A stretch of 64,000 bases of DNA from Octopus sinensis (lineage: Eukaryota). Within the stretch, counting starts at the first letter, position 1; the number at the start of each line of letters is the position of its first letter. The stretch spans positions 67,952,001 to 68,016,000 of the forward strand of contig NC_043009.1 in NCBI RefSeq assembly GCF_006345805.1. Reading direction: 5' to 3'. A model generated the notes under the pieces. That model did no database searches. It had not been told where the DNA came from and saw nothing but the letters and a program-made list of their open reading frames with translations. This document shows positions 29,829-45,054 of this stretch, in pieces. The translations under genes and the position numbers were made by a program.

Positions 29829-31269
29829 TGTGTAAATGTATTCGTTATAAGCGAAATTCATCCACCGGTGATTGATTAATCTATGTTTTTCTGTATCAGT
29901 AGATCTTAAGATTGTCTTAACAATCGCTTGCCAGGAGAAGTTTGCGACTGACGACGCTCAATCATGCAGAAATGCGTATTTAGCAATTCCGCTACCGCTG
30001 TGAAACGCTTTTCCTCTGCTACCGATATAACTCTGTGTTTTTTAACTCTTGACAGCGATACGAGATGCCTTCTCGAGACGAGTCACCGCAGTTTCCAGGC
30101 TGTTTACAATATATCAGCGTCGTTAAATGGTGATAGAAAAAGAAATTCGATGAACGCACGAATAAGTGTAACTAAGAGGCTTATGAGACAAAGAGGATGC
30201 AAAGAAATAAATAATAAATGAAGTTATACAAGTAAAACAAAGATTTTCGACACCCGTTTTACTAGATTTCTCAACTAACTTCGATTATCAATAGGAACAT
30301 AAATCAGTAAGTGTGATGAGGAATTATCAACATGAAAGTGTTCACGAATTATGCATTAAAATTTAATCCAGCAACGACGTTTTCGGTAGACATTTGTCTT
30401 TTTTTTTAATGTCACTTTGTTGAAATCTACTGTACTGTGTTGAGGATGTTTAGGACTAATGAAGATAAACTTTTCTTCTAAGTTTACCACTTGCACGCGC
30501 GCGCACACACACACACACGCACACACACATGCACACACGCGCACACACACACATACGCACGTACGCGCGCACACAGACGCACACACACACAGACAACACA
30601 TTAAACTATGTGCTTATGAGTAACTTCCTTATGATGTTCTCTTGTTGGTATATATTTACAGTTTAGAAAATATAACCTTTGTTTTGTCTAGAGGGGGTCA
30701 TTATACCAATAATAACACACACAATGGTTCAATACCACTTCTTAGTTGTTAGTTAATTGGTTAAATATCTAACCAATTGACTAATCGATCGTTTGTTTAA
30801 TGTGCTGGTTAGACAATGAATCAGTTGTTCATTAGTCAATCTCATTTAGTCGCCATTCGCAACTTTTTCAAGCTCTGCCCAGAGTATGTCCTAGAATCAG
30901 TCTCATGCATGTTATAATTATTGAGTGTAATGCACTTCCCACGACACAAGATTTTTTTCAATACACCAATTCACGCGAAGAAACTTGCAAAGCAAATACA
31001 AAGAGGAAATAATTTTCTTTTTCGAAAAAACAAAATCGCCTCCGATGGTGCTGCTTAACCAATTTCCCCCATGGATATACGCAATGCGCAAAGCTACTTC
31101 GAAGTCCCGTTCTCATTTTGGCGTCACATGTCCTTCTTTTCTCGGTTGTCACTGCAACCTTAAACAAGTGGGTTAGAAAATGAGAGCCAAAGTGGCGTGA
31201 TAGCCAATTGACGGGGGTGGCCATGTATGGATAACACACAATTTGCATCAGCATGGCTGGTAATCTGTA

Positions 31270-31520
31270 TGTTTTACTTCTTTGGGTCAATAAATAGTGG
31301 CCATGATGGGGCACCGCCTTCAAGAAATATTAGTCGAATGAATCGAATGCAGGAAATATTTTAAAAAATTTGATACTAATACTATTGACCCCCTTTGCCG
31401 AACCCCGAAGTTACGGTGACGTAAATGCAACAACACTCGTTGTCAAGCAGTGGTGGGGACAAACAAAACACAATAATACACACACATTTATATATATGTA
31501 TATATACACACACACGCACT

Positions 31521-31581
<61 letters not shown>

Positions 31582-31685
31582 TGCCCAGGTGTCGAAACCG
31601 TAATGATACCCGTGAGGCAGCTGATGATGAAGACATGTTGGATTGTTGGTGTGGCTGTGGAATAGTATTATAACACATCCTTTTG

Positions 31686-31724
<39 letters not shown>

Positions 31725-31898
31725 CATATATACGTATATTTACGACGTACTTCTTTCAGTTTACATCTACCAAACCCAGCCACAAAGCTTTGGTCGGACC
31801 GGGGCTGTAATAGAAAAAAATTACCTAAGGTGCCACGCACTAGTACTGAACCCGGAACCATGACGTTGGAATGCAAGCTCCTTACCACACAGCCACTG
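31270..31898 (-). mobile_element. SINE family C split by an expanded internal microsatellite plus a ~100-bp insert
   Basis: 3' part ~31270-31480; 5' part ~31740-31898. Confidence 0.75.
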
Positions 31899-32416
31899 AC
31901 AACCTCTGTGAGATGTGGCCACATGTGACAATACCCATCATCATACGGGCCTCACTACTAAAAAAAATCGAAGGCAAACTTGTCATTCAGAAAATTCCAC
32001 GGTCCGTCGGTTTCCCCATAATTGATCTGGATAGATATGTTCGTGGAGTTTGAAAGGTTTGCAGGAAAATATAGAAAATGGACGCTTATTTGGTGACCAT
32101 TGAGTTTAGAACATCACTTTTAATTATGTCGTTTAGTATTTGATGTTATTTTGTTTGGCAGTCAACGATGGAGTTTTTCTGAAGTTTTGTCTGCAGCGAA
32201 AATTGTTTGGCTTCAATTATTTTAATCTTATTGTTTTATCTGTTCTTGTTGTTAGACACACACAGACATACGCACACACCCTCACACACACACACACACA
32301 CACACACAAGCAAACACGTACACACAGAGAGACAAATATGTATATATGAATATATACATATAGATATAAATCCATAAACCCTGACACACACATATGCATA
32401 CATACATATACATATA

Positions 32417-32452
<36 letters not shown>

Positions 32453-32524
32453 CACTGATAAATATGTATGTATGAATACACATACAGATATAGATGCATA
32501 AACACAGACACACATATATACATA

Positions 32525-32788
32525 CGTCACGTGATAGACCAGGTTATCGACCAGATATATCGCTAGTCACGATGCATTTTTCACCATTTTACCTTTCGAA
32601 TGACGTCACCTTTAGGCAAGACAAGCAGGCTAACATTCCTCCCGATCGAAAAGCTAATCCGTCGCAGAGAGGACTGGAACAACGCGAAATTAAGTTTCTT
32701 GCTCAAGAACACAACATGCCACCCGCTCTTGGAATCGAACCCACGATCTAGCGATCGTGAGTGCAACAACGTACCCACTGGTCCATCC
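32525..32788 (-). mobile_element. tRNA-derived SINE, head B-like + third tail type Z
   Basis: rc: gggttcgattcc...tgtgttcttgagcaagaaac...ctgcgacgg, then a tail unlike X or Y. Confidence 0.7.
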
Positions 32789-32973
32789 TTTCACACACAC
32801 AAGCACAAATACACACACACACTCATACACATACGAATGCCTGTGTGTCGTATGTGTTCATACAAACAACGTAGAGACATGTGCTGTGATTCAACGACGC
32901 CATATTTTATAAGTTGAATTAAATAGCATCAAAATATATTAATGGATAATTATCTTAACCTTCCATCTTGCAG

Positions 32974-33096
32974 GTCTTTGAAGACCAACTTTGAGGAAAG
33001 AGAGGGAATGGGATACTACACATGGAATACATTCGCCTTAATGTTGTTGGTTCTGTGTTGTGTTGAAACAACAATCAGCAGTGGATCACCTTCCAG
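32974..33096 (+). CDS. Putative host exon (123 nt) encoding a signal-peptide-like segment MGYYTWNTFALMLLVLCCVETTISSGSPS; probably the first coding exon of a secreted or membrane protein
   Basis: Acceptor cttaaccttccatcttgcag|, donor ccag|gtaagt, ATG at 33008 in ggaATGg context, hydrophobic core FALMLLVLCC, phase-2 end; frame also open upstream (SLKTNFEEREG). Confidence 0.7.
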
Positions 33097-33334
33097 GTAA
33101 GTTCGTTCTTCCGTTCCCATTTTTAATTATGTGCAATGTATGTATGTATGTATGTATGTATGTATGTATGTATGTATGTATGTATGTATGTATGTATGCA
33201 TATACAAATACATTAATGTTTGGCTCTTGGGTCAAGTTATGCATTAAACTGAAGGATAACCAAATACATTTTAGTTGAGTGCATATTTATTAACATTTAG
33301 ATGGAAAAGATTAACTGTATCTTTGAAGCCTTCA

Positions 33335-33372
33335 CATGTCTGATGAAGGACTGAAATACGAAACGTCGATGT
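33335..33372 (+). ncRNA. Degenerate hammerhead-like motif
   Basis: CTGATGA-aggactgaaatac-GAAA-cg-TC; both core boxes intact, helices I and II poorly paired. Confidence 0.4.
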
Positions 33373-33538
33373 CACTTTCAAACCTTTCCTTGTAGAAATT
33401 TACATACATACATACATAAATACATACGTACATACGTACGTACACACACACATTTTCCTTGTTCCTGCCTGTCTCTGTCTGTCTTGTTTACTCTTGTGGG
33501 TTCGACATACATACATACATACATACATACATACCTAT

Positions 33539-33632
<94 letters not shown>

Positions 33633-33959
33633 ACACACACAGACATATATATATAAGGGAATACAAGAAAGGGAAAGCAAAACATTCAGGCAGATGATAC
33701 AAAAGAAAGGGAAAGAAAAAACACGGACGGGTCATTCGAAGTTTTCTTTCCTCAGTAGAGTTCCAGATTTTCTTCGTAATTTCGGCTGATTATACTCGAG
33801 ATTGCTCCAATCTGGCCAGCCCCAAGGAAGTACTAAGCTAAGAGAACTAGATTCCTTGGGAGAAAGCAGCGAATGTATAGGGAAACGAGGGCGGGAAAAA
33901 AACGGAGAAATGGTACACAAATGCAAATAACAGGACATTAACAACGGGTGTCTTTCGAC

Positions 33960-34030
<71 letters not shown>

Positions 34031-34086
34031 GTGCATGAAATTAGATAAAAGACAAAGGGATTGGAAATTGTGCAATGACCTTCATT

Positions 34087-34167
34087 AGCTTACAACTGTT
34101 TCTGCTATAGGATGCAATGCACTCAGAGTTGGATGCTTGGGCATCACCTTACAACTTCGTCAGAGCT
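34087..34167 (-). ncRNA. Type-I hammerhead ribozyme motif, core intact (Penelope-like terminus)
   Basis: rc: agct-CTGACGA-a-gttgtaaggtgatgc...gcatcctatagc-a-GAAA-cagttg-TA-agct; helix I agct/agct, long bulged helix II, self-pairing CAGUUG helix III, GUA site. Confidence 0.78.
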
Positions 34168-34351
34168 TTAAAATTATATATACTACTCCTACTCGTTCTC
34201 AAAAATCTAGCCTGCAAACTTTTGGGTATCTAAATGATGATCCACAGGACGGCCAGAAGGTCGAAGAACACCTACACACAATGTATGCATGTGGCCAACG
34301 GTTGGCGTATACAGGCCAACACTATGGTCCTCCTCCTACTTACACACATAT

Positions 34352-34590
34352 ACTGCCGGCATCAGTTGTTAGTTGTCGAAGCACTGCATCCTTCAAAACT
34401 TCCATGCTTCCTGAGATTCGCCAACACTACACCTGATTTTCTCCCCTCCATACACACACAAGCATGTATCTCACTCATACATTGTTCGCTTTCCAGACAT
34501 TTCTACATTACTGCATGTACTTTATATGCACTTTCTGACAAGTTGTGGTGCACCTGAGCACTGTACACAATAATTTCATTATCATTATCA
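34352..34590 (+). mobile_element. 5'-truncated CR1-group LINE 3' end
   Basis: LPASVVSCRSTASFKTSMLPEIRQHYT* (WN.LP..VV....SFK C-terminal motif), 3' UTR, then aataatttcattatcatt tail. Confidence 0.8.
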
Positions 34591-34940
34591 TTATCATATC
34601 ATTATATATATATATATGCGTGCACACACACAAACACTCAAGCATGATAGACATAATTATTTTTAATGTGTAGCCGCGGCTCAACAAGTCTACAAAAGTG
34701 ACTTCGACGTTTTTCGGCATCTGTCTTTCCTTATTCTGTCTCTTTTCCTTCTTTCTTTCTATCTTTCTTTCTTTCTGTCTTTCTTTCTTTTTTTCTTTCT
34801 TTCTCCCCCTCTCTTTCTCTTTCTACCTTCTCTCTTTTTCTCTCATTCTCTGATTGTCGTTGTCCGTCTCTCTCTGACATAAACAAAAGTTCAGACAAAA
34901 TGATTTTATAGATACACGGACGGCCACACACGCACGCACA

Positions 34941-34976
<36 letters not shown>

Positions 34977-35063
34977 ACACGTAAACACATACAAACACAC
35001 ACACACTCACACATATATATATATAACCATCATGCACAAATCTGGTTTATATATTGTATATTG

Positions 35064-35109
<46 letters not shown>

Positions 35110-35210
35110 CGTTTATGTGTGAGAGTTCAAATATTGTATATGTGCATACACATATATACATATATATATATGTGTATATATTTATATACACATATATATG
35201 TATATAATAT

Positions 35211-35276
<66 letters not shown>

Positions 35277-35546
35277 ATGTATGTATGTATGTATGTAAGT
35301 ATTGTATGTATGTATGTATGTATATACTGTACGCATCTGTGAGTGCTTGCCTGTGAATAGATATAAAAACATGCACTTGAAGACAATACATTCCTGCCTG
35401 GCAACGAATGGGTCGGCAGCAGGAACAGACAAAAAACACCCAACAACAACAACAACAAAACGAAGCAAAAACAAAAACTGCACTCGAATATCAATATCTA
35501 ATTGCTTAGAAAACCTGTACACTCATTAGTTTTAACAAGCTCAGCG

Positions 35547-35597
<51 letters not shown>

Positions 35598-35656
35598 GGT
35601 GATTATAATTATAATAGTTATTAATATTATTATTATTATTATATTATTATTATTAA

Positions 35657-35741
<85 letters not shown>

Positions 35742-35743
35742 TA

Positions 35744-35781
<38 letters not shown>

Positions 35782-35783
35782 TA

Positions 35784-35859
<76 letters not shown>

Positions 35860-35872
35860 GTTATCAATATTA
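35547..35872. repeat. (CTA)n + (TTA)n microsatellite at the 3' end of the Dong-like LINE
   Basis: Direct reading. Confidence 0.97.
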
Positions 35873-35899
35873 TTGTTTTTGTTACCGATAGTACTACTA

Positions 35900-37176
35900 C
35901 TCAAAATTAGATGCTAATTCAATTAGCAGGGAAGTTTGTCTTATGGTTTGGTAACAAGTCTCCTCAAATCTCAAAAATCTTTCTTAAGGTTCTTGCAAAA
36001 TACAATATAGCATATTTTGGTAGGTCGTCAATCCACGTCTCAGTTACAATATCCTTGAATCTCCTCCTTTGTCTTCGGCAATCCCTCCATAGTTTTATTT
36101 TTGTCTTCTGCGATCTCATTTGATCTTGCTTCCTTAATATGGTCAGTCTTTAAGGAGAAACCCTATAAAATCCTGAAATTACCATTAATAATTTCAATCC
36201 CTGGCTCATGTTCGTAACACTTTTCTGTCGCTTTGAATCCACAAAATTTGCCAGCCAGCCTGCCAATGCATGCTTTTACCAACACAGCCATACCTGCTCC
36301 TATATTGTGCTTATCATTTGCACCTGGGAAATTTGTCCCCTTTTCCACAGATTCTGTGTTTTCTCTCTTTAAGTTCTATCGAGTTCTATCTTCGCCAAGT
36401 TTGGTCTAATACCTTGTCCCCGAGCGGCTATAATCATCAATTTGGTGTCTCATTTAAAGTTTCCATCTGTCAACCACAACCTGTTTTCTTCACTTCCAGC
36501 ATTCCCCGTTTGTTGCAAGAATTGGCCATGCAATTCCATCTCTCAACAATTATTTGTCCTCCTGTTCTTTCTTCGGTTCTTGGTTTCTCATACTAATTCA
36601 ATAATCAATTCTTGACATGTTTGGCTACTGGCAACATATTTCTTTATTACGCGGAACTCATTTTTCAAACCCAATATCACAGCAGCACTGGTATTTTCTG
36701 AGTTTAAGAAACCTCTGTTTTCTTTCCTTCTTGGTAACTAGAGCCTGTTACTGTTATGGTGACGTGCATTGTGCATTGTGAATTGCTTCTTAGTTCTGTT
36801 TAGTTCAAGTAAGTCTGTCTTTGTCCACTTTAGAAAAGGAGCAGAGTGTTTCAAATCGGCAAGGCCTATGAATCTATTGCTTCGCTAACGCCCCCTTATT
36901 TAATTTTGTTTCGAATATCTTCCTTGTCCTGACTTTGTACGCTTTGGAGACTTTCTCATTATTCTATCACCCTGCAGAACCCCTAGATACTCGTATCACA
37001 CATTAACTCTCAGCGATCTAATGATATCATCTTGCGTTATCTTTATACCAACAGATTTGATCTTTCAGCCTCTCTTCATAATTAAAATTGTACACTTATT
37101 TATCTTTGTGAAATGTCCCAGGTCTTTATCATTGTTTATGTACAGTTTGAGGTCATCTATATGCAGCAGGGGATTC
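35900..37176 (-). mobile_element. Decayed Dong/R4-clade (REL endonuclease) non-LTR retrotransposon, 3' half
   Basis: rc: LLHIDDLKLY (YMDD box, 37140-37169), NKCTILIMKRG, YEYLGVLQ, KWTKTDLLELNR, CYEHEP..IINGNFRIL*GFSLKTDHIKEARS, LPKYAILYFARTLRKIFEI* (stop 35964-35966). Confidence 0.85.
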
Positions 37177-37179
37177 ATT

Positions 37180-37280
37180 TTTTAGCTCTAATCGCAGTAT
37201 AATATTTTTAGCTCTAATCGCAGTATAATATTTTCAGCTCTAATCGCTGTATAATATTTTCAACTCTACTCGCTGTATAA
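37180..37280. repeat. 26-bp tandem repeat, ~4 copies
   Basis: Unit agctctaatcgcagtataatattttt with stepwise divergence. Confidence 0.93.
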
Positions 37281-37736
37281 CACTGAGAAATTCGAAAAAT
37301 TTTAAATAGAGTGTCAAAAAATCGTTAAGCAGTTATATTCAGTCCTATAAAAATATTATTGACAGAGCTAAATATTTCGAGGAACGCAAGAATTTAGCAT
37401 AATTTCGCATGACATTAGTTCATCTATATTACCTGTATATCAACTTAATAGTTAAATTTATCGTTGGAATATTTATCCTTAATCAGCCGAAAAATATGTA
37501 ATAAATCTGGGTCATTGAAATACGGGTAGAATCCATCCAACGGGCTTCCACACAGTTTCCATCTATCCATTTTCTCTCACAAAGCTCGGATCGACCCCAA
37601 AATATATTTGCCCATGATTTTACGCAGTGAAATACAACCATGGTTTTACGATTGCAGATTACTAAACCATTGCTGGGACTAGAGATTTATACAAAGATAG
37701 AGAGATTGAGAGAGAGAGAGATTGAGAGAGAGAGAG

Positions 37737-37767
<31 letters not shown>

Positions 37768-37768
<1 letters not shown>

Positions 37769-38107
37769 CAACACACACACACACATACTCTGTTTAGCTT
37801 TTGACTAACATCAAAGTATATGTACGTTTGCGTGTGCGTTAGTGTACTTGCTAGAGAGAAAATGTAATATATAAACTAATACATACATACACACAGAAAT
37901 GCAAATGTACATACGTGTGATTATGCGTGTGTGAGTTCATGATTGTGTCCTTGTGCGTGTGTGTGGGTGTTATACACTATTCAACACACTCCCGCGGGAA
38001 AGCACACGCAAATCCATACAAATACATATTATATGCGTGCACGGCCGTAATAAAAGCATTCGCGCACACAAGCGCCCTTTGATCGTATTCAAAAGGCCAA
38101 ACAGGAA

Positions 38108-38151
<44 letters not shown>

Positions 38152-38238
38152 CTTACTCTCTCACTCTCTTTCTCTCTCTCACTCACACACACGCACACAT
38201 GTGCAATATATGCAAATGCGTTTATAGACTAGGGACAC

Positions 38239-38279
<41 letters not shown>

Positions 38280-38622
38280 TCAACACACACACACACACAT
38301 ACTCTGTTTAGCTTTTGACTAACATCAAAGTATATGTACGTTTGCGTGTGCGTTAGTGTACTTGCTAGAGAGAAAATGTAATATATAAACTAATACATAC
38401 ATACACACAGAAATGCAAATGTACATACGTGTGATTATGCGTGTGTGAGTTCATGATTGTGTCCTTGTGCGTGTGTGTGGGTGTTATACACTATTCAACA
38501 CACTCCCGCGGGAAAGCACACGCAAATCCATACAAATACATATTTATATGCGTGCACGGCCGTAATAAAAGCATTCGCGCACACAAGCGCCCTTTGATCG
38601 TATTCAAAAGGCCAAACAGGAA

Positions 38623-38657
<35 letters not shown>

Positions 38658-38749
38658 TATTATATCTTACTCTCTCACTCTCTTTCTCTCTCTCACTCAC
38701 ACACACGCACACATGTGCAATATATGCAAATGCGTTTATAGACTAGGGA

Positions 38750-38782
<33 letters not shown>
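37768..38782. repeat. ~512-bp near-identical tandem duplication bounded by (GA)n
   Basis: Units start at 37768 and 38280 (tcaacacacac...tactctgtttagc). Confidence 0.95.
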
Positions 38783-38786
<4 letters not shown>

Positions 38787-38859
38787 GGGGGAAGGAAAAT
38801 TAGTAAATAGTTGGAGAGATTGGTTATGTGTGTTGGTGACGAGCAAGGAATCTCTAACT

Positions 38860-38913
<54 letters not shown>

Positions 38914-40042
38914 CATGTATGTATGCGTGTATTCATACGAACATACGTATGCATATTCTGTATGGAAGTGTGAGTAGGTTGAACTCGGGATATTTGCATG
39001 TTTGCTTCCGATTATGAACAAAGGAAATAATACAGGTCAGATACTCCGTACACTATACTCCCATACTGGTGGTGGTGTGTGGAATGTTGAAGAATATGTG
39101 TGTGTGTATGTGTGCGCGCGCGTGTGTGTGTGTATGTATGTGTGTACATGTATGTGTGTGTGTAAAATATGAAATACAAGATTGGGTTTCCAATGATATG
39201 TTCCGAAAAATTACGAGAGGAACAAATTAAAACGCTGACGATCGCCGTGAAAATTATAATAAAGCTAATATCACCGTCAATAACATCGATAATAACTGTT
39301 ATAATTAAAATAAGGAAAATAATTTTAAAATAACTAAAAAAGGCAACAACAACAAGAAATAGAATGACAATGGTACTTGCACCAACTGACATGATAAAGA
39401 GGACTGTATTCGAATAAAAATACAATGGTAGTACAATGAAGAATACATTTTATGGCCAGTCTCATGTTATATGTAGCAAATTTTTATGTAAGTAGAAATA
39501 CTGCTGCAGACTATACATGGTTTATTATAGAACCAGATAGGTAATGCTGTTTAGAAAATGCCTCAAGGCAACCATAACGACGTAAAACAGGTGGAAAGCT
39601 ACCATCAGGTACAGAGCAAAGGACTCCAAGGTTTCTGAGACCATACTCCCTAATTAGTATATTGATCCGCATAGTATCGTTCTAAGTCAATCACCAAAGT
39701 CATATGGAACCAGTCTGTGAGAGGAGCAGACATGAACTCACTGTCGTCCTTCCCGTGCATATTATATTTTTGTGGTATGCTTTTTTTCTTATTTACTCGA
39801 CCACAAAACCACGCCAACTTTTTCAGCCGATATTCGTTTATCTATCGTCAAAAAACGATAGATTTGTACAACATTTCTGGCCTTTTTCTGCCGTTGGTTT
39901 GCGAGGCTTTCACACCACCGTTCACTACTCTCGGCTCGCCTCACATAAATTCAGATTGCATTTGAAAGTCTATCCCAGTCTTCTGTAAGTGAGGGTTTTA
40001 ATGACCGAATCACAGTTCCACAGGACTGTGATGGCAAGGGGA

Positions 40043-40222
40043 CGGCGGCGAGCTGGCAGAATCGTTAGAACGCAGGATAATTGCTCAGTGGCATTTCGGC
40101 CGCCTTTATATTCTGAGTTTAAGTGCCGCGGAGGTCGACTTTGCCTTTCACCCTTTCGGGGTCGATAAAAGTACTAGTCTTGACCCACTTTTAAATTGCT
40201 GGTCTTGTGCCAAAACTTGAAC
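40043..40222 (+). mobile_element. SINE family D, diverged (another copy at ~40880-41085)
   Basis: ggcggcgagctggcagaatcgttag...gtcgactttgcctttcaccctttcggggtcgataaa. Confidence 0.85.
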
Positions 40223-42147
40223 TCGATATCAACGAGTGAGTGCCAAAGGCTTTCTTTCTTTTTCACTTCTCGTCGCAGATTATTTTCTTCACTGATACAC
40301 GTTAGAAAAACCTACACACGAACATGCACGCACTTGGTATCCTTCCACCGTCCCCCGTTTACTGAACTCCAAGTACACAGTATTATCCCACCAGCCCGCC
40401 ATCTAGTCCCACCGATGCTATGAAAATTAGAGCGCCAATAAGAAGCTGGTACATCCAAATGCGTTGTGAACAAATGATATTTTACAAAAACAGACAAAAG
40501 GAAAAAAAATTATAATAACAGATCCTCTCGCTATTAGAAGATGAATATTAGATTCAGCTTCTCGACAACTGTTTGTGCATTGTTGGCGTCAGTCTTCCTT
40601 AAGTGCCAGGCTAAAACTAGACTGGAATCGGACACACTTAGAATGTCTTTTGTAAAGAGACGACGCTATCTCGTACATTGCAAATTATAATAAATTGAAA
40701 ATACTGTTACAGACAGCTCATTGGATTCCTCGAGGAATCGATATGAAATTCTTGTTGGAAAGAGGCTGCAAACTTGAACAGGGATATAAAAGTTTGACCA
40801 AATAATTAATGAACTCGACGGTGTACAATGAAGACAAATGGAAATATTCGGAGGTAATATTACAGAAACAGCAAAGAAGGAAGCGAACAGACAGAATCGT
40901 CTGCACACCGGGAAAAGGCTTAGCGGCATTTCGCCCGTCTATGCACTCTGAGTTCAAATTCTAACCAGGTTGATTTTGCCTTTTATCCTTTATGGGTCGA
41001 TAAAATAGGTGCTAGTGGAACATTGGGGTAGATGTAATGAACGTGGGCCGCTTTCTTGTAATTGCCAGCCTTGTGACTAAATCTGAAAGCAATTTTATAG
41101 ACACATTAGTTACATCAGAGTACAATGCACGGAATAAGCTGGTATGACTAACAGTTCCTGTAATGGGGGACAATTATTATATTCTCAACTGGCGAAGTCT
41201 AAGAAGGGTCAGGGAAAAACAGATGATAGTATTTAGAATGCATCACACAAAATGCGACGCAGAATGATTACATTTGCCATTAAATGTGAAAAGAGAAGGA
41301 CCTTCGACTAGAAAAAGGTAAAAAGAAAAATATTTGGCGCAGGACAATGAATTTATATTTATATCAAATATAAATTAATAAAAACACAATTGCAACGACG
41401 TAATGATATCGATGAAGGCGACGATGGGGACACCGACGGAGACATGTCCCCGACACCAGCTACGATGGTACTTTAGGATGATAACCAAGACAACGGGGAT
41501 GGAAATGCTGCTTGAAGATGCTGCCGTCGTCAGCGTCGTTGCTGTTGTTGCTAATGATAAAGATGACGATGATGACGATGGTGGCGGTGGTGGTGGTGGT
41601 GGTGGTAGTGACGACGATGACCGTGGAAAAATGATGCAATGTTTATTTATTCCGTATGAATTTAATTTGTGTGTGGAATGTGATTGAACGACGCTGCCCG
41701 AAGCAGTCTCTGTTGGAAGACTTCTTGCAAAGACATTTCCAGTTATTAGATTTTCTTCAACGGAACCGCAAATAAAGTAAATGTAATCACAAACTAATAA
41801 CCCCCGTATTCTGCTGTTGTTATTGCTGTTGTTTCTATGGAAGAAGGAGTTGTGTTTGTAAGATATGTTGTTGTTGTTGTTGTTGCCGTTGCTGGTTTTG
41901 CTCACTCCAGTCGTTCCGGATGCCATGCTTTTTCTCACGTTCATCGTTGCTGTTGATGTTGTTGCTGTTGTTGTTGTTGTTGCTGTTGTTGCTGTTGTTG
42001 TTGTTGTTGTTGTCCATATATGTTATGTATTGTTAACGATATTGTTGTTGTTGCTGTTGTTCTCACTGGTTTAGTTATTTAGTATTTGTCGTACGACTGG
42101 GACGCTGCTCGTGGCTAGTTTTAGGAAAATATTTTTCCTAAAAATAT

Positions 42148-43548
<1,401 letters not shown>

Positions 43549-43850
43549 TAGACTTACAGAAATACATTTATTACACACAGTCAGTGGAATCTCAGCCCAG
43601 ACCGTACCCAGTGTTTCACACTCGAATAGATACGCGAGTTAAGCGTGAGATAATTCTGATGATATTGTAGATGTATTATGTATTTAAGGATACACACACA
43701 CACACATATAGAAAGAGGTGTGTGTGTGTCTATATATATATATACATATATATATATATAATTTATAGTTCTCTCTCTTCCTCCTTCCTCCTTCCCTCTA
43801 TCCTTTCCCCCTCTCTGTCTGTCCCTCTCTTTTCTCTCTCTCTTCTCTCC

Positions 43851-43899
<49 letters not shown>

Positions 43900-44675
43900 G
43901 TAATGTGGGTTTGATTGGCGTTAGCGTGATACAGCTTTGCAGAAAGCTACTGACGAGCAAAAACAACAAATAAGTACAGAGGAAAAGAATAAAAAAAAAA
44001 ATTGAAAATTCAGCGTGTTAGCTTCGAAGAAAAAGAAGAAATATCGACGTTTCGGTCAGTTTGGTATGAGAGATAAAAGAGAATACGTGGGGAGTGTATG
44101 TAGGAAAAAGAAGAAAGAAAAAAGCAAACAAAACGAAGGAAAAGAACCTACGTTTGTGTAAGGAAGCAGCGTCATGGCGAATAATGAGAAAATGAAAGTA
44201 GGCGTAAGTGGTTTCTAGCGGAGACCAGCGCGTTGGGTGGACGAATTGTAAGAGAGTGTGCGTATGTGAATGTGTGTGTGTGTGTGCGTAGCTGTGAGTA
44301 TGAAAGTGGGAAATCATATATGTGGAAGGCTGTGTGTCATATCTATATGTGTGTGTAAGAGGGAGAGATATATTATTTGAAAAGTTACGTATGAAATGTG
44401 TGTGTGTGTGTGTGTGTGTGTGTTTGTATGTAAGACTGGAGAATGAGTAGGATGGAGTGTGGAGTAGGATGGAGAGTAGCGATTGGAGAGTTAATGACAT
44501 AATAGAGTAATTGCTTGTAAGTGCTATGTTGACACAACAGACGGTTCTTGTGGTATAATTTTGTTCTGAATCCTGCTAATGCCAAAGTAGCCAGCGAATT
44601 CCTCAAGCTAAACTCATACCATTTTCATCCACGCTACAGGTAAACCAAAATATTTTACAGGAAACTAATCAAATG

Positions 44676-44965
44676 TCAATCCATATAGGCATTGAAGAGA
44701 GTAGGAGCCAAGATCCATCCTTGACGAATCCCATCTCAAACTGGGTAAAAATCAGATGTTGAGCCCCGATTCTGAACTGCACTGATTGTCCCAGTGTAGG
44801 AGACCATTAGCCCGATCAGTTGAGGATGCATACCACGAAGTAACAGAATCCTTCAAATCACATCCTTGTCGACCGAATCAAATGCCTTGAGGAGGTCGAC
44901 ACAAGCTGCAAGCAGACCCTACCGAAAGCTCCGCTTGTGTTCGATAAGTACACAAAGAGCTAGGG
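44676..44965 (-). mobile_element. RTE-clade LINE RT fragment, decayed
   Basis: rc: LLAACVDLLKAFDSVDKDVI*RILLLRG...GIRQGWILAPTLFNAYMD. Confidence 0.9.
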
Positions 44966-45054
44966 GGCTCAATCAAGTCCCGGGGCACTCGTTAGTGAAA
45001 CTAGAATTACAGACTTGGCTTTTACTGATGTCGCAGTTAGTCTTTTCTTTTCCA

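Noticed and set aside
41375-42074. Low-complexity ORFs with poly-D/G/N/Q/P
   Set aside because: Degenerate GAT/GGT/GTT trinucleotide repeats with no splice signals
42119-42143. Terminator-like hairpin ttttaggaaaa-tat-ttttcctaaaa (similar small stems near 30750-30783 and 54432-54453)
   Set aside because: Short stems are expected by chance in this composition; bacterial terminators are not relevant here
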